A DNA stretch of 64,000 nucleotides from positions 1,632,001 through 1,696,000 of the forward strand of contig CAXXLZ010000001.1 in the NCBI GenBank assembly GCA_963675595.2, given 5' to 3'. This document shows, one piece after another, positions 47,584 to 57,536 of this stretch. The notes under the pieces were generated by a model that made no database searches, was not told the origin of the DNA, and saw only the letters and a list, made by a program, of their open reading frames with translations. The position numbers and the translations under genes are program-made. Source of the stretch: Thermodesulfobacteriota bacterium. Lineage in GTDB: Bacteria; Desulfobacterota; Desulfarculia; JACQYL01. Every line of letters begins with the position of its first letter. The stretch's first letter is position 1.

Positions 47584-49359
47584 ATGCCCAGGCTGGATAT
47601 TACCGTCGAAATCTGCGGCATGGCCGGAGATGGAACCATCGCCGCCGGAGGCCTGCTCAACGAAGCCGTATCCCTGGGAGGGCTGTTTGTCCTGGCCTTT
47701 GATTCGTACCCGGCTGAAATTCGAGGCTTCGGACGGTGTGTCACCAGGGCCAGAATCGGGGAAACGCCCAGAATCGCCCTTGAAGAGCCGACCCATGTTC
47801 TCATTTCTCTGGACGACGAGCAGTCGTTGTCCAGGGTTCCTTCTCTGGCGAGCAACTCCGTGGTGTTCTTCGATAATCGCCCACCCTCCTACATACCGGA
47901 AGCTCGTTCCCTAGCGGCTCACTTAGGTCATCCCACAATCCTATACGGCATGCCCATGGCGGATCTCGCCGCCGGGGCCGCGGGCACGACTCGTGGGAAA
48001 AACCTCACGGCGCTGGGCGGCTTCGCCGCCGTCTTCGGGATTCCCCCCGTTTTGTTTCAACGGGTCATCAGTAAGAAGTTTCAATCCAAGGGCGACAAAG
48101 TTCTTGAAGCCAACCTCAAGAGCTTCGACGCAGGTTACGAGTATGCTCAAAAGGAATTTTCGGAAAGGCTGAGCGCGCCCTTTCCATTTCCCGAGGCCGC
48201 ATCCGAAGGGGAAACCGTTCTGACTTCGGGGAACCAAGCCATCGGGCAGGGGGCGCTCGACGCGGGCCTGCAGCTCTATTTCGGTTATCCCATCACTCCG
48301 GCGACCCCCATCATGGAATTTCTGGCACAGACCCTCCCGGCACAAGGCGGGAGAGTCACCCAAATGGAAGACGAGATATCCTCCATCGGTGCGGTATTGG
48401 GTGCCTGCTTCGCAGGCAGGCGGGCCATGACCGCCACCTCCGGTCCCGGATTTGCCTTGATGACCGAGTTGATCACTCATGGAGTCATGTCGGAGACGCC
48501 GGCCGTGATCGTTAACGCCCAGCGCGGAGGCCCATCCACGGGCCTGCCCACCAAGACGGAACAGTCGGACCTGCATGCCGCGGTCTTCGGAGGGCCGGGA
48601 GATTCCGGCAGAATCGTCGTCGCGCCTACGAGTGTGGCCGAGTGTTATTCGTACACGCTGAAAAGCTTTCAGTGGGCGGAGCGTTACCAGATTCCGGTGA
48701 TCGTGTTGACCGATTTCTATCTGGACAATCGAGTTGAGAGCATCAGCCCGCTCAAACCGGACGCCGATGCAGCCGAGGACCGAACTCTCCTTCCGGATCC
48801 GGACGCCAAAGGACCTTATGAACGATTCAAAATCACGGAATCCGGGATCTCTCCCAGGGCTTTTCCCGGCATGGAGGGATTTGTCTTCAAAGCCACCGGG
48901 CTCGAACACACGGAAGCCGGACTTCCCAGCTACACTCCCGAAAACCACACCAAGATGTCCGAAAAAAGGCATCGGAAGCTTCTTTCCGCTCTGGCGGACC
49001 TTCCCGAGCCCGAGGAGTTCGGCCCCGAAGGTTCCCTCGATGTGGGAGTGATCGGTTGGGGCTCCACCTTCGGGTCCGTACTCGAAGCCGTGGAATCGGC
49101 TCTGGAACGCGGCCTTAAGGCGGGCGCCCTGAAAGTGACCTCCCTGTTCCCCTACCATGCAAATCACATCAGGCGCTTCATGCATCGTTGCCGTGCAGTC
49201 CTGGTGCCGGAACTCAATTTCGAGGGTCAGCTTGCCGACCTTATCGGTCATTTGCACCACCGGGACGTAGTTCGTCTCAATCGCGTCACCGGCCAACCCA
49301 TCCCCCCCACAGCGATTTTGAAGCGAATTGAGGAACTGATTGGAGCGGAGGCGGAATGA
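47584..49359 (+). CDS. korA: 2-oxoacid:acceptor oxidoreductase alpha subunit (gamma-alpha fusion)
   Basis: YPAEIRG, GYPITP, QMEDEI, ATSGPG, QRGGPSTGLPTK, PELNFEGQ. Confidence 0.9.
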   Translation: MPRLDITVEICGMAGDGTIAAGGLLNEAVSLGGLFVLAFDSYPAEIRGFGRCVTRARIGETPRIALEEPTHVLISLDDEQSLSRVPSLASNSVVFFDNRPPSYIPEARSLAAHLGHPTILYGMPMADLAAGAAGTTRGKNLTALGGFAAVFGIPPVLFQRVISKKFQSKGDKVLEANLKSFDAGYEYAQKEFSERLSAPFPFPEAASEGETVLTSGNQAIGQGALDAGLQLYFGYPITPATPIMEFLAQTLPAQGGRVTQMEDEISSIGAVLGACFAGRRAMTATSGPGFALMTELITHGVMSETPAVIVNAQRGGPSTGLPTKTEQSDLHAAVFGGPGDSGRIVVAPTSVAECYSYTLKSFQWAERYQIPVIVLTDFYLDNRVESISPLKPDADAAEDRTLLPDPDAKGPYERFKITESGISPRAFPGMEGFVFKATGLEHTEAGLPSYTPENHTKMSEKRHRKLLSALADLPEPEEFGPEGSLDVGVIGWGSTFGSVLEAVESALERGLKAGALKVTSLFPYHANHIRRFMHRCRAVLVPELNFEGQLADLIGHLHHRDVVRLNRVTGQPIPPTAILKRIEELIGAEAE

Positions 49360-50159
49360 AGACTCCCGGAAAAATCCTTGCCAAACAGGTCAAACGAATC
49401 AAGGAATCTCAGGTTTTCTCGGCCAGATCCACTGAATTGCCCACTTGGTGCCCCGGTTGCGGATACTTCGGGATCCACGCCGGCATCAACTCGGCATTGG
49501 CCGGACTGGCCGTACCGCATCATCAGGTCGTGGTGGTTTCCGGCATCGGGTGCGCCGGTCGCTATCCTTTTTTCACGGACGCGTACGGCCTGCACACCAC
49601 CCACGGAAGAGCCTTGCCGGTGGCCACGGGAGTCAAATACGCCAACCCGGAGTTGACCGTATTCGCCGTGGGGGGCGACGGAGATGGGTTGGGCATCGGC
49701 GGAGCCCATTTTCCCCACGCCGCCCGGCGAGACGTGGACATCAACTACGTTTTGTTCGACAATTCCATCTATGGGTTGACCAAAGGCCAACCATCCCCGA
49801 GCAGCCCCGTCGGATTTAAAAGCAAGGCTTCACCCGGAGGCTCCATCGACCGACCTCTCAACGCCACGTTGATGGCGTTGTCCAACGGAGCCGGCTTCGT
49901 GGCACGTTTATTCGCCGGGAACCCGGACATGATCGCCGAAATGATCACGCTCGGGGTTCGTCACAAAGGCTTCTCTTTTTTCCACGTGTTCTCGTCCTGC
50001 GTCACGTTCGACAAGCAATACAAGACCTGGAAAAACCTGAAAGAATGGGTTCACCCTCTTCCCGAAGACCACAATCCCAACGACTACAAAGGCGCCATCG
50101 ACCAAGTGCTGTCGGACGATTTCAGCATGGGACTTATCTACCGGAAGGAAGATTCCTGA
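49356..50159 (+). CDS. korB: 2-oxoacid:acceptor oxidoreductase beta subunit (TPP-binding)
   Basis: WCPGCG, SGIGC, HGRALP, GGDGDG, YGLTKGQ, SCVTF. Confidence 0.9.
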   Translation: MKTPGKILAKQVKRIKESQVFSARSTELPTWCPGCGYFGIHAGINSALAGLAVPHHQVVVVSGIGCAGRYPFFTDAYGLHTTHGRALPVATGVKYANPELTVFAVGGDGDGLGIGGAHFPHAARRDVDINYVLFDNSIYGLTKGQPSPSSPVGFKSKASPGGSIDRPLNATLMALSNGAGFVARLFAGNPDMIAEMITLGVRHKGFSFFHVFSSCVTFDKQYKTWKNLKEWVHPLPEDHNPNDYKGAIDQVLSDDFSMGLIYRKEDS

Positions 50160-50181
50160 CCACCCGATGAGGACGGACCCC

Positions 50182-50649
50182 ATGAGAAAGCACCTCTGTT
50201 GTCTTCTTGGCACCGCATTCTTGGCATTGTGTCTCGCCTTCAGTGCAGCGGCCGGCGAAAAGGCGACCAAGGAAGAGTGCGAGGCCAAGGTGAAAGAGGT
50301 GGCCGCCATCATCCGCATGAAGGGGTTGGAGAAGGGAATCAACGCAATCAAAGAAGCGGGAGGACCTTTTGTCTGGAAAGACTCCTACGTATTCCTTTCG
50401 GACGACAAAGGCGTGATCCTGGCCCATCCGGTGAAACCCAAATTGGAGACACAGAACCTATTGGGCTTGAGGGACGTCAACGGCAAGAGGTTTGTGGCCG
50501 AGTATGTGAATGTGGCCAACTCCAAAGGCGAAGGTTGGGTGGAATACATGTGGCCCGTCCAGGGCTCAAGGACTCCGGGCCACAAAATGGCTTTCGTGTA
50601 TAAGGTACCGGGTACGAATATTCTGGCCGTTGCCGAGATTATGGAATAA
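50182..50649 (+). CDS. Stand-alone periplasmic Cache-domain protein
   Basis: Signal peptide; YVF...AHP, LRDVNGK, GEGWVEYMWP. Confidence 0.8.
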   Translation: MRKHLCCLLGTAFLALCLAFSAAAGEKATKEECEAKVKEVAAIIRMKGLEKGINAIKEAGGPFVWKDSYVFLSDDKGVILAHPVKPKLETQNLLGLRDVNGKRFVAEYVNVANSKGEGWVEYMWPVQGSRTPGHKMAFVYKVPGTNILAVAEIME

Positions 50650-50736
50650 ACACTTCCCTGTTTCATCCAAATACAAAAAATCGCCGTTGGTCCCCCGGCC
50701 GTTTCATCGGAACATCACGACGAACAGTCTTTCGTT

Positions 50737-51576
50737 TTATTCCATCTCTTCGAGACGCTGCTTGACGTATTCCGCCCATTCACTGGATGGGTCCAGGGAA
50801 AGGTAGATCTCCCAGTGTTTCTTCGCGTCGGCCCCTTCCCCCAGCTTCTCGAAAGCCCGCCCCAGGTTGAAATGAGCATCCGCGAAGTCGGGATCCTGAT
50901 GTACGGTCTTCAGATAAAACAGCACTGCGTCTTCCAGCCTATCCTTCTCATCCAGGATGTTCGCCAGATTATAGTTGGCTTCCACATGGTCGGGATCCGA
51001 TCTCAAGGCCTTTCGGTAATACTCCTCGGCCTCGTCTACTTGACCGGCCCGATATTTCAGATTCCCCATGTTGACCAAAGCGTCGCTGTGTTTGGGATCG
51101 GCCAGCAGCGCCAGCTCGTATCTCTTTTCAGCACCTCCCCAGTCTTCTTCGCTTTCGAGTTTCAGGCCCTCCACGAATAGAGTTTCGATGGAGTCCAGCA
51201 GGGAGGGGACCGTTTGCCTGCGCGGGCCTTCGAAATCCATGAGCAGTTGTCCTTCGGGAGTGAGCCGTAGGTGACGAATTTGTACGACCAGGGCCTTGCC
51301 CTGCGCGGTAATGCGCAACTCCATGAAGGGATGGGCAATATCCGGAAATCGTTCGCGAAGCATCTCGGAGAGTTTCCGAACCTGACGAGGGGAAAGGCCG
51401 CTGCGAATCAGTTTCCCCAAGGATCGGAAAGCGACCACGCCTTTGAAGTCGAAAAGCACCCGATTCCCCTCCGTCGCAACAAGGGGGATGAGTCCGGCTT
51501 TTCTCCAGTAGCGCACCTGGACGGCCGATAGCCCACTCAGACGCGCCACTTCATGCTGATCGTACAGACTTTTCAA
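50737..51576 (-). CDS. MerR-type HTH plus tetratricopeptide repeat protein
   Basis: VARLSGLSAVQVRYWRKAGLI HTH followed by about four TPR units (ALVNMG, ANYNLA, AHFNLG). Confidence 0.82.
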   Translation of the reverse strand: MKSLYDQHEVARLSGLSAVQVRYWRKAGLIPLVATEGNRVLFDFKGVVAFRSLGKLIRSGLSPRQVRKLSEMLRERFPDIAHPFMELRITAQGKALVVQIRHLRLTPEGQLLMDFEGPRRQTVPSLLDSIETLFVEGLKLESEEDWGGAEKRYELALLADPKHSDALVNMGNLKYRAGQVDEAEEYYRKALRSDPDHVEANYNLANILDEKDRLEDAVLFYLKTVHQDPDFADAHFNLGRAFEKLGEGADAKKHWEIYLSLDPSSEWAEYVKQRLEEME

Positions 51577-51694
51577 ATGAAACCCTTGCCTGTGCGGTGC
51601 ATAAGGGGGCCGGTGTCCCCCTTCCGACCCGCACCATCCGGTTTCTTCGGATTCGAAATCGGCCGCCGGGACGCGTGAGCCCCGCTTGGAGCCG

Positions 51695-52210
51695 TCAGGC
51701 GGGCAGTTCCACGATTTCGAAAGTGAAGGTTTTACCCGCGACCTTCATCAGGGCGACCGATATGGGCAAACGGAATCTCCTCGGACCGGCGCTTCCCGGA
51801 TTCAGGTACCACACGCCCTTGGTCCACTGGACGGCGGGCATATGAGAATGTCCGCTGATCACTACCGAAAACCCCGCGGCGGATGGGTCCAAATCCAGTT
51901 TCGCTCTCTCATGCAATACATAGAAGAAGACATCCCCCACCTGCACAACCCGCGTTTCCGGCAGATGATCATGAACCCGAAGCTCCACATCCGTGTTGCC
52001 TCGTACTGCGGCCACCGGCGCCATACGCTCGATTTCCCGCAGTACTGGAGCACTCCCCACGTCGCCCGCGTGGATTATCAGTTCCGCGTCACGAAAGACT
52101 TCCGGAACCTCCGGTCTCAGCAACCCATGCGTATCCGAAATGATCCCCACAATATGTTCCGCCACTTGTATCCGGACTCCCTCCGATCCTTCCGAATTTC
52201 CAATTCTCAT
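51695..52210 (-). CDS. YfcE/MJ0936-type metallophosphoesterase
   Basis: SDTHG, HAGDVG, RGNTD, GHSH, NPGS. The true start may be slightly downstream. Confidence 0.88.
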   Translation of the reverse strand: MRIGNSEGSEGVRIQVAEHIVGIISDTHGLLRPEVPEVFRDAELIIHAGDVGSAPVLREIERMAPVAAVRGNTDVELRVHDHLPETRVVQVGDVFFYVLHERAKLDLDPSAAGFSVVISGHSHMPAVQWTKGVWYLNPGSAGPRRFRLPISVALMKVAGKTFTFEIVELPA

Positions 52211-52526
52211 CCAGGCCCCGTTGCACGCCCCTTCCCGAATTCCAAGGAAGCATACCCCATTTGGCCGTCAAGTGACCACTGTTTGTTTAGATCGAGTTGG
52301 GCGGGTGTACGGAGCCTGCGGATTCGCGCGGCCGCCGAATTCCCGACCCTTCCTGGAGAGGGTCCTGAATATCCGGAAACCCGAGCCTCCTCGATCAGTG
52401 CCGGATTCGGAAGGACAAAACTCGGGAAGAGATTTTGAACGGCGACCAAAGGAAGGAGGATCGTATCGGTCCGTTCGACATCAGCCGGCACGAGCCCTAT
52501 GTGCCGTTCCTGTGTGGCGTCGGTGC

Positions 52527-52563
52527 AAAAAAAGAACCCGGCCTCTTCATCAAAAAGGCCGGG
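52527..52563 (-). terminator. Rho-independent terminator
   Basis: CCCGGCCT/AGGCCGGG stem followed on the minus strand by TTCTTTTTTT, 50 nt after the stop of 52613..53998. Confidence 0.7.
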
Positions 52564-52612
52564 CCCCAAGGAGGTCCGAAGGAGGATATGGAATCTCGCC
52601 CGGTTCGACCCA

Positions 52613-53998
52613 TCACGGGGCGTTGCGCACTACGCGAAATCCAACGTCAAGGCTCTTGTAGGTTTCGGAGTTCTCTCGCCGGTTGGCGGACCGGCAAGAT
52701 CCCGTGACGTCCCGCAAAGCGCCCCCCCTCCTCACGCGGTAGGAGCCGGTCTCGGCCCCGGTGGGGTCCACGGCCGCGTCGGCGCTGTAGGCTCCATACC
52801 AGTCCTGACACAGTTCCCAGACATTGCCGTGCATATCGTACAACCCCCAACCGTTTGGGGCCTTTTGGGCCACGGGATGGGTGGTCAGCTCCGCGGTGCC
52901 GCAATACCAGGCTATGGCGTCCAGGTTCAAATCCGCGCATCCGTCGTCGAGTATCTGGCCGTTGGAATAGGCGGTGGTCGAACCGGCTCTGCAGGCATAC
53001 TCCCACTCCGCTTCCGTGGGAAGTCGGTAGGCGCCCTCTCCGAGCGCGTTCAGTAAAGAAATGAATTCCTGAGCGTCCTGCCAAGTAATCCGTTCAACGG
53101 GACAATCATTCCCACAGGCGCTGAAGAAGGAAGGATTCTCACCCATGAGAGCTGCCCATTGGCCCTGGGTGACTTCCGTCGTTTGCATGTAAAAGCCTTG
53201 AGTGAGCGTTACCGAATGTTGAGGGCCTTCATCTTCCTCACGTTGAAATTCGGTATCGGGGCTTCCCATAAGGAAGCTTCCAGGGGAGATGTAGTTGAAG
53301 GTCATCCCCAGGGAATTGGTGTATTCGGAGACCGGCGGCTTGATGTCGAGGTTACACCAAGCGTTGGAGGATACCGAGGAACCTTCCGAAGGGGCTTCCG
53401 CACACCGCTGCATGGTATCTCCATCCCCGGCGGTTCCGAAGCCCATATTTAGGTGATACGGCAACCCGCTGTATTCGTTCGTGTCGATCCCGTCGCTCAT
53501 GTCCGGATCCAGAAAAACGAAATAGGTCACCAAGTCCGCTGTTCCAATGACCAAGGCCGATCCCGTATCATAAGTCTGAACATAATAGTTCATGTTCACG
53601 CTGGAGCAATTGGGCGTTTTCCAGATACCCTGGTTGGCGCTCTGTGCCGGAACACCCACGAATTTGGTAATCTGATGGGTAGCCTCCACGCCAAAAAGGG
53701 TCAGGGTCAGAGAGGCCTCGGATTCCCCGGTAAACTGCACGGAGGCATGATTCCCCTCGCCTTTCAGGTCGTCCGCGTCGAAGCCGTCCAGGTAATTCCC
53801 GTCGATGAACGCATCATAGCGACTCAGGTCCGACGTCACCAGAACCAGCATCGAATCGTTGGCATAGGTTTGTACGTAGACGTTAACCGTCAGATTGGAG
53901 TTCTTCCAGATACCGTCGTAGGCGGCGAAAGCCGAGGGAACGAAGATCGTGCACAGGGCGAGGAGAAAAGCAAAAGAGACTCGTTTCCGGAAATTCAC
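52613..53998 (-). CDS. Secreted FGE-sulfatase (C-type lectin fold) domain protein with duplicated N-terminal domain
   Basis: Signal peptide; FLMGS, TEVTQGQW, RLPTEAEWEYACRAG, DMHGNVWE, GFRVV. Confidence 0.88.
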   Translation of the reverse strand: MNFRKRVSFAFLLALCTIFVPSAFAAYDGIWKNSNLTVNVYVQTYANDSMLVLVTSDLSRYDAFIDGNYLDGFDADDLKGEGNHASVQFTGESEASLTLTLFGVEATHQITKFVGVPAQSANQGIWKTPNCSSVNMNYYVQTYDTGSALVIGTADLVTYFVFLDPDMSDGIDTNEYSGLPYHLNMGFGTAGDGDTMQRCAEAPSEGSSVSSNAWCNLDIKPPVSEYTNSLGMTFNYISPGSFLMGSPDTEFQREEDEGPQHSVTLTQGFYMQTTEVTQGQWAALMGENPSFFSACGNDCPVERITWQDAQEFISLLNALGEGAYRLPTEAEWEYACRAGSTTAYSNGQILDDGCADLNLDAIAWYCGTAELTTHPVAQKAPNGWGLYDMHGNVWELCQDWYGAYSADAAVDPTGAETGSYRVRRGGALRDVTGSCRSANRRENSETYKSLDVGFRVVRNAP

Positions 53999-54032
53999 TG
54001 TTGGACCCCCTCGAGGTGACTCGATTCTTAAA

Positions 54033-56189
54033 TCACGCGCGTCTGCCCATTACTCGATTGATGCTCTCGATCAGATTGCGCTTCAAAATCGGTTTCATGA
54101 TCATATCCCGGATTCCGCCACTTTGAGCCTTCTGGTAAGAGATCACTTCGCTGAATCCCGTCGACAGAATGATGGGTATATCCGGGCGAATCCTCTGAAT
54201 TTCGCGGGCCAAGTCGATGCCGGACATATTCGGCATGGTATGGTCCGTAATCACCAAGTCGAATTCCTCGGCTCTGTGCCTAAAGGCCTCAAGGGCTTCG
54301 ATGCTGCTTGTACGGGATACCACCTCAAAGCCTATGCTCTCCAAAATGACCCCTGTCATATCCACCAGAGCCTTCTCGTCATCGACAAAAAGCACTTTGC
54401 CCCGACCCGGAAGCAGCAATGCCGGCTCGGTATCCAACTCCGTACCGGAAAGAGACTCGATCATCGGGAGAAAAACCTGAAACGTGGTCCCCTTTCCGGG
54501 CTTACTCTCCACAAGGATAACACCATGGTGCCTTTTCACATTTCCGTGCACCACCGAAAGCCCCATTCCGGTCCCCTCGTCCGGCTTTTTGGTGGTGAAA
54601 AACGGATCGAAGATCCGTTCCAGGAGCTTGGCGTCGATCCCGTCCCCTTCATCGCTGACGGTCAGTCGGACATAGGGGCCTTCGGAGAGGTCGGAGTGTT
54701 CTGCTGCTTCTTTCTCCGTGAGATTCACGTGAGCCAGAGTGACCTCAAGCACACCTCCCCGTTTTCGCATCGCATGCACGGCATTACTACAAAGATTAAC
54801 GATAATCTGGTGTATCTGCGAAGGATCTGCGATAACGGTGTCGGAAGCAGTCAAAAGGTTCGTTCGAATCTCAATGTTGGGCGGAAGCGTGGGACGGAGC
54901 ATTTTGACGGTCTCTTTGAGCAGAGGAGTGAGACTCAACGGCTTCTTCTCGTCCATTCCCTGACGACTGAAGTTGAGAATCTGATTCACCAACCCTCTGC
55001 CTCTGCTGCAAGCGCCGAGAATCTCCTCCATACGACGTTTCAGGGGCGAATTCTCCGTGGCCCCACTTTGAACAATCTCCGCGTAGCCCATGATGACACC
55101 GAGAATGTTATTGAAGTCGTGAGCGATTCCCCCCGCAAGAGTACCGATGGCTTCCATTTTCTGCGCCTGACGCAGTTGCTCCTCAAGCCTCTTCTGCTCC
55201 GTGATGTCGAACAGGAAGCCGTGGACTTCCTTGAGCCCCCCTTCCTCGTTTTCCAGGGCGATCAAGTTGACGATGACGAATACGGTACGATGGTCATGTC
55301 GGCGATAAACGGCTTCCAGATTCTTCACCCTTTTCGATTCCCGAATCATCCTGCCGACACTTTCCCTTTGAGGACTCTCGAATTCGAGTGAGAGCGCGTT
55401 GACCCGTTTGGCACTCTCAATGGAGTCGGCCCCCAGGATTCTCGCAAACTCTCGGTTGCAGGCCTGGATTTCACCGTCGGAGTCCGCCACGAAATTGCCG
55501 GTGATATCTTCTTCGAACAGAAGGCGATAGCGCTCTTCACTTGAACGCAGAACCTGATGCATGCGCATCCGCTCGTAGATGTCCCGTTTGAGCTGCTCGT
55601 TGGCCAAATACAGCTGCTCGGTGGCCTCCCTAAGACTAGTGGTTCGAGCTTCCACCAAGTCCATCAAACTCGTGTTCAGTTCGTAGAGCCGCTTCTCAGC
55701 CTGCCATTTATAACAGAGAGACATGGCGAGCTGATGGAGCTCGAGCGGTTGAAACGGCTTTCGAATGTAAAGCAGTTTACCCGGGGGCGGGACACGTTGG
55801 TTCAACTCATGCAAACCGATATCCGAAAAAGCGGATGCAATAACGATCTCTATGTTCGAATCAAGCTTTCTTATCTGCTCCGCCGCCCACAGGCCGTCGC
55901 CGCCGGCTTCCATACGGATATCGATGAAGGCAACGCTGTAAGGCTTGTCTTGCTTCACGGCCGAACGGACCTCGTCGACCGCCCCTTGGCTGTCTCGGCA
56001 CAGGGTCACATCGAACCCACAGTTTCCCTGCCCACAATCCCCGTTTCCCCCGGAGTCTGTGGAATGAGCCGTAGTCGTTGATCCCGTTCCGCTTTTGTCC
56101 GACGATAGGACTTCACCGTAAAGCTTGAGCATGTGTAGCTCGTCGTCCACAGCGAGAATCCGGAACGGTTGAGAGTCGTCGGGAGTCAT
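54033..56189 (-). CDS. Hybrid sensor histidine kinase (REC-PAS-HisKA-HATPase-REC)
   Basis: ILAVDDE...FIDIRM; GIAHDFNN; NAVHAM; FDPFFTTK; GTGMGL; LFVDDE...ITDHTMP. Start probably ATG 56189. Confidence 0.92.
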   Translation of the reverse strand: MTPDDSQPFRILAVDDELHMLKLYGEVLSSDKSGTGSTTTAHSTDSGGNGDCGQGNCGFDVTLCRDSQGAVDEVRSAVKQDKPYSVAFIDIRMEAGGDGLWAAEQIRKLDSNIEIVIASAFSDIGLHELNQRVPPPGKLLYIRKPFQPLELHQLAMSLCYKWQAEKRLYELNTSLMDLVEARTTSLREATEQLYLANEQLKRDIYERMRMHQVLRSSEERYRLLFEEDITGNFVADSDGEIQACNREFARILGADSIESAKRVNALSLEFESPQRESVGRMIRESKRVKNLEAVYRRHDHRTVFVIVNLIALENEEGGLKEVHGFLFDITEQKRLEEQLRQAQKMEAIGTLAGGIAHDFNNILGVIMGYAEIVQSGATENSPLKRRMEEILGACSRGRGLVNQILNFSRQGMDEKKPLSLTPLLKETVKMLRPTLPPNIEIRTNLLTASDTVIADPSQIHQIIVNLCSNAVHAMRKRGGVLEVTLAHVNLTEKEAAEHSDLSEGPYVRLTVSDEGDGIDAKLLERIFDPFFTTKKPDEGTGMGLSVVHGNVKRHHGVILVESKPGKGTTFQVFLPMIESLSGTELDTEPALLLPGRGKVLFVDDEKALVDMTGVILESIGFEVVSRTSSIEALEAFRHRAEEFDLVITDHTMPNMSGIDLAREIQRIRPDIPIILSTGFSEVISYQKAQSGGIRDMIMKPILKRNLIESINRVMGRRA

Positions 56190-56476
56190 GATGCTCTTTC
56201 CTTTGGTGATGGCACTATTAGATGCCGCGGCGGGTTGGTCCATCGCGGGGGCAAACCCAACGGACGCTCGGGCTGGAGATGTGGCTAGTTTATAGTGCAT
56301 TATGTACCAAAGGAGAACCCGAAACAAGGCATGCATGCACCGCAGGACGCGGCTCCCCTCCAACATGCCGGACCGGTTCAGGTTCACGAAAAGGTTGGCG
56401 GCCGGTCAAACCGTCTCTGTTTTCCGATGCTCCATTCCTACGATGTAGGTGCCGTCGCCCGGAACTTAGGCAACGG

Positions 56477-57508
56477 TTAAAACGTAAGATCATGCTTCTT
56501 TAAATCGTTCGCTCCATCTCGTGACCCCGCACCCGTGGAACGCACCAAAGATCCGTCCTCCACCTTTTGGTCCAATTGATCCGATTGCTCTTTGCGGAAT
56601 CTTAAGGCGAGAGTGGCCTGTTTCAGGTTTTCGCCGGCCTGCTCGTAATAGGTCGGCGATATTCTAAGCGCTTTCTCAAAGTGCCGGATGGCCTGTTCGT
56701 AGTGCCGATCCATGTAGAGAACATAGCCCAAATTATTATAGGCTCTCGCTTCATCTCCCGACTCTTTAAATGCAGCGAGTGCCTCCTCATATCTCCCCAA
56801 TTTAGCCAGGGCCAGTCCCAGGTTGTTATGGGTCTTTTCATCGTCGGCTCCCGCCTTGACCGCCTCCTGGAACGTTTCCACCGCCATCGCGTAAAGCCCT
56901 TCCAAAGTATAGGCCACACCCAGATTGTTCAATACTTCCGCCTGGCCGGGTTTCAAATGCAACGCCGCCGCGAATTCCTTCATCGCAGAAGTGATTTTCC
57001 GTTCCTGGTTATAGATGATCCCCAAATAATTGTGGACTCTCCATAGAGTGAAGTCCTGTTCCAAGGCCCTGTTGAAATGGCTTTTGGCTTCGTTCAACAA
57101 TCCACTTCGAAGATAGGCTTCGCCCGCGCCCTGATGTGCATCGGCGTTATGCGGTTCTTCCCTGAGGACCATGTCAAATTCTCTTAAGGCGTAATCACCT
57201 TCATTTTCTTTGAGCAGCACTTCCGCTTTCTTCAATCGAAGTCCAATGTTATCGGGACGGTCAACCAATGCCTTGGTGTAATGAAATCGTGCCAGTTGCA
57301 GATTCCCCTTACCATTGTATAGGTCGCCGAGGCGTTCGTGGCTCTCAGCCGAAACATTCACGCTCTTGGCCGGTTGAATGTCTTCCTCCGCAGGCTGTTC
57401 CGGGTGATCCAGCCGAGCGGCTGTTTTTCCGCTCGAGCACCCTACGGCAAACCCCACCAACGACACGCATAAGAGCAAACATCCCACCGTTCCGATCATA
57501 CGCTTCAT
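56477..57508 (-). CDS. tadD: TPR lipoprotein, TadD-like pilus assembly protein
   Basis: Lipobox AVGC; repeated NNLG TPR units; last gene of the tad run. Confidence 0.72.
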   Translation of the reverse strand: MKRMIGTVGCLLLCVSLVGFAVGCSSGKTAARLDHPEQPAEEDIQPAKSVNVSAESHERLGDLYNGKGNLQLARFHYTKALVDRPDNIGLRLKKAEVLLKENEGDYALREFDMVLREEPHNADAHQGAGEAYLRSGLLNEAKSHFNRALEQDFTLWRVHNYLGIIYNQERKITSAMKEFAAALHLKPGQAEVLNNLGVAYTLEGLYAMAVETFQEAVKAGADDEKTHNNLGLALAKLGRYEEALAAFKESGDEARAYNNLGYVLYMDRHYEQAIRHFEKALRISPTYYEQAGENLKQATLALRFRKEQSDQLDQKVEDGSLVRSTGAGSRDGANDLKKHDLTF

Positions 57509-57536
57509 GACAAACAGTCCTCCCTTATCCCGATCA

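Noticed and set aside
52613-52750. Complete diversity-generating retroelement
   Set aside because: No reverse transcriptase, Avd or template repeat seen; the downstream hairpin looks like an ordinary terminator.
53949-55391. 480-aa plus-strand ORF
   Set aside because: Antisense shadow of the hybrid histidine kinase.
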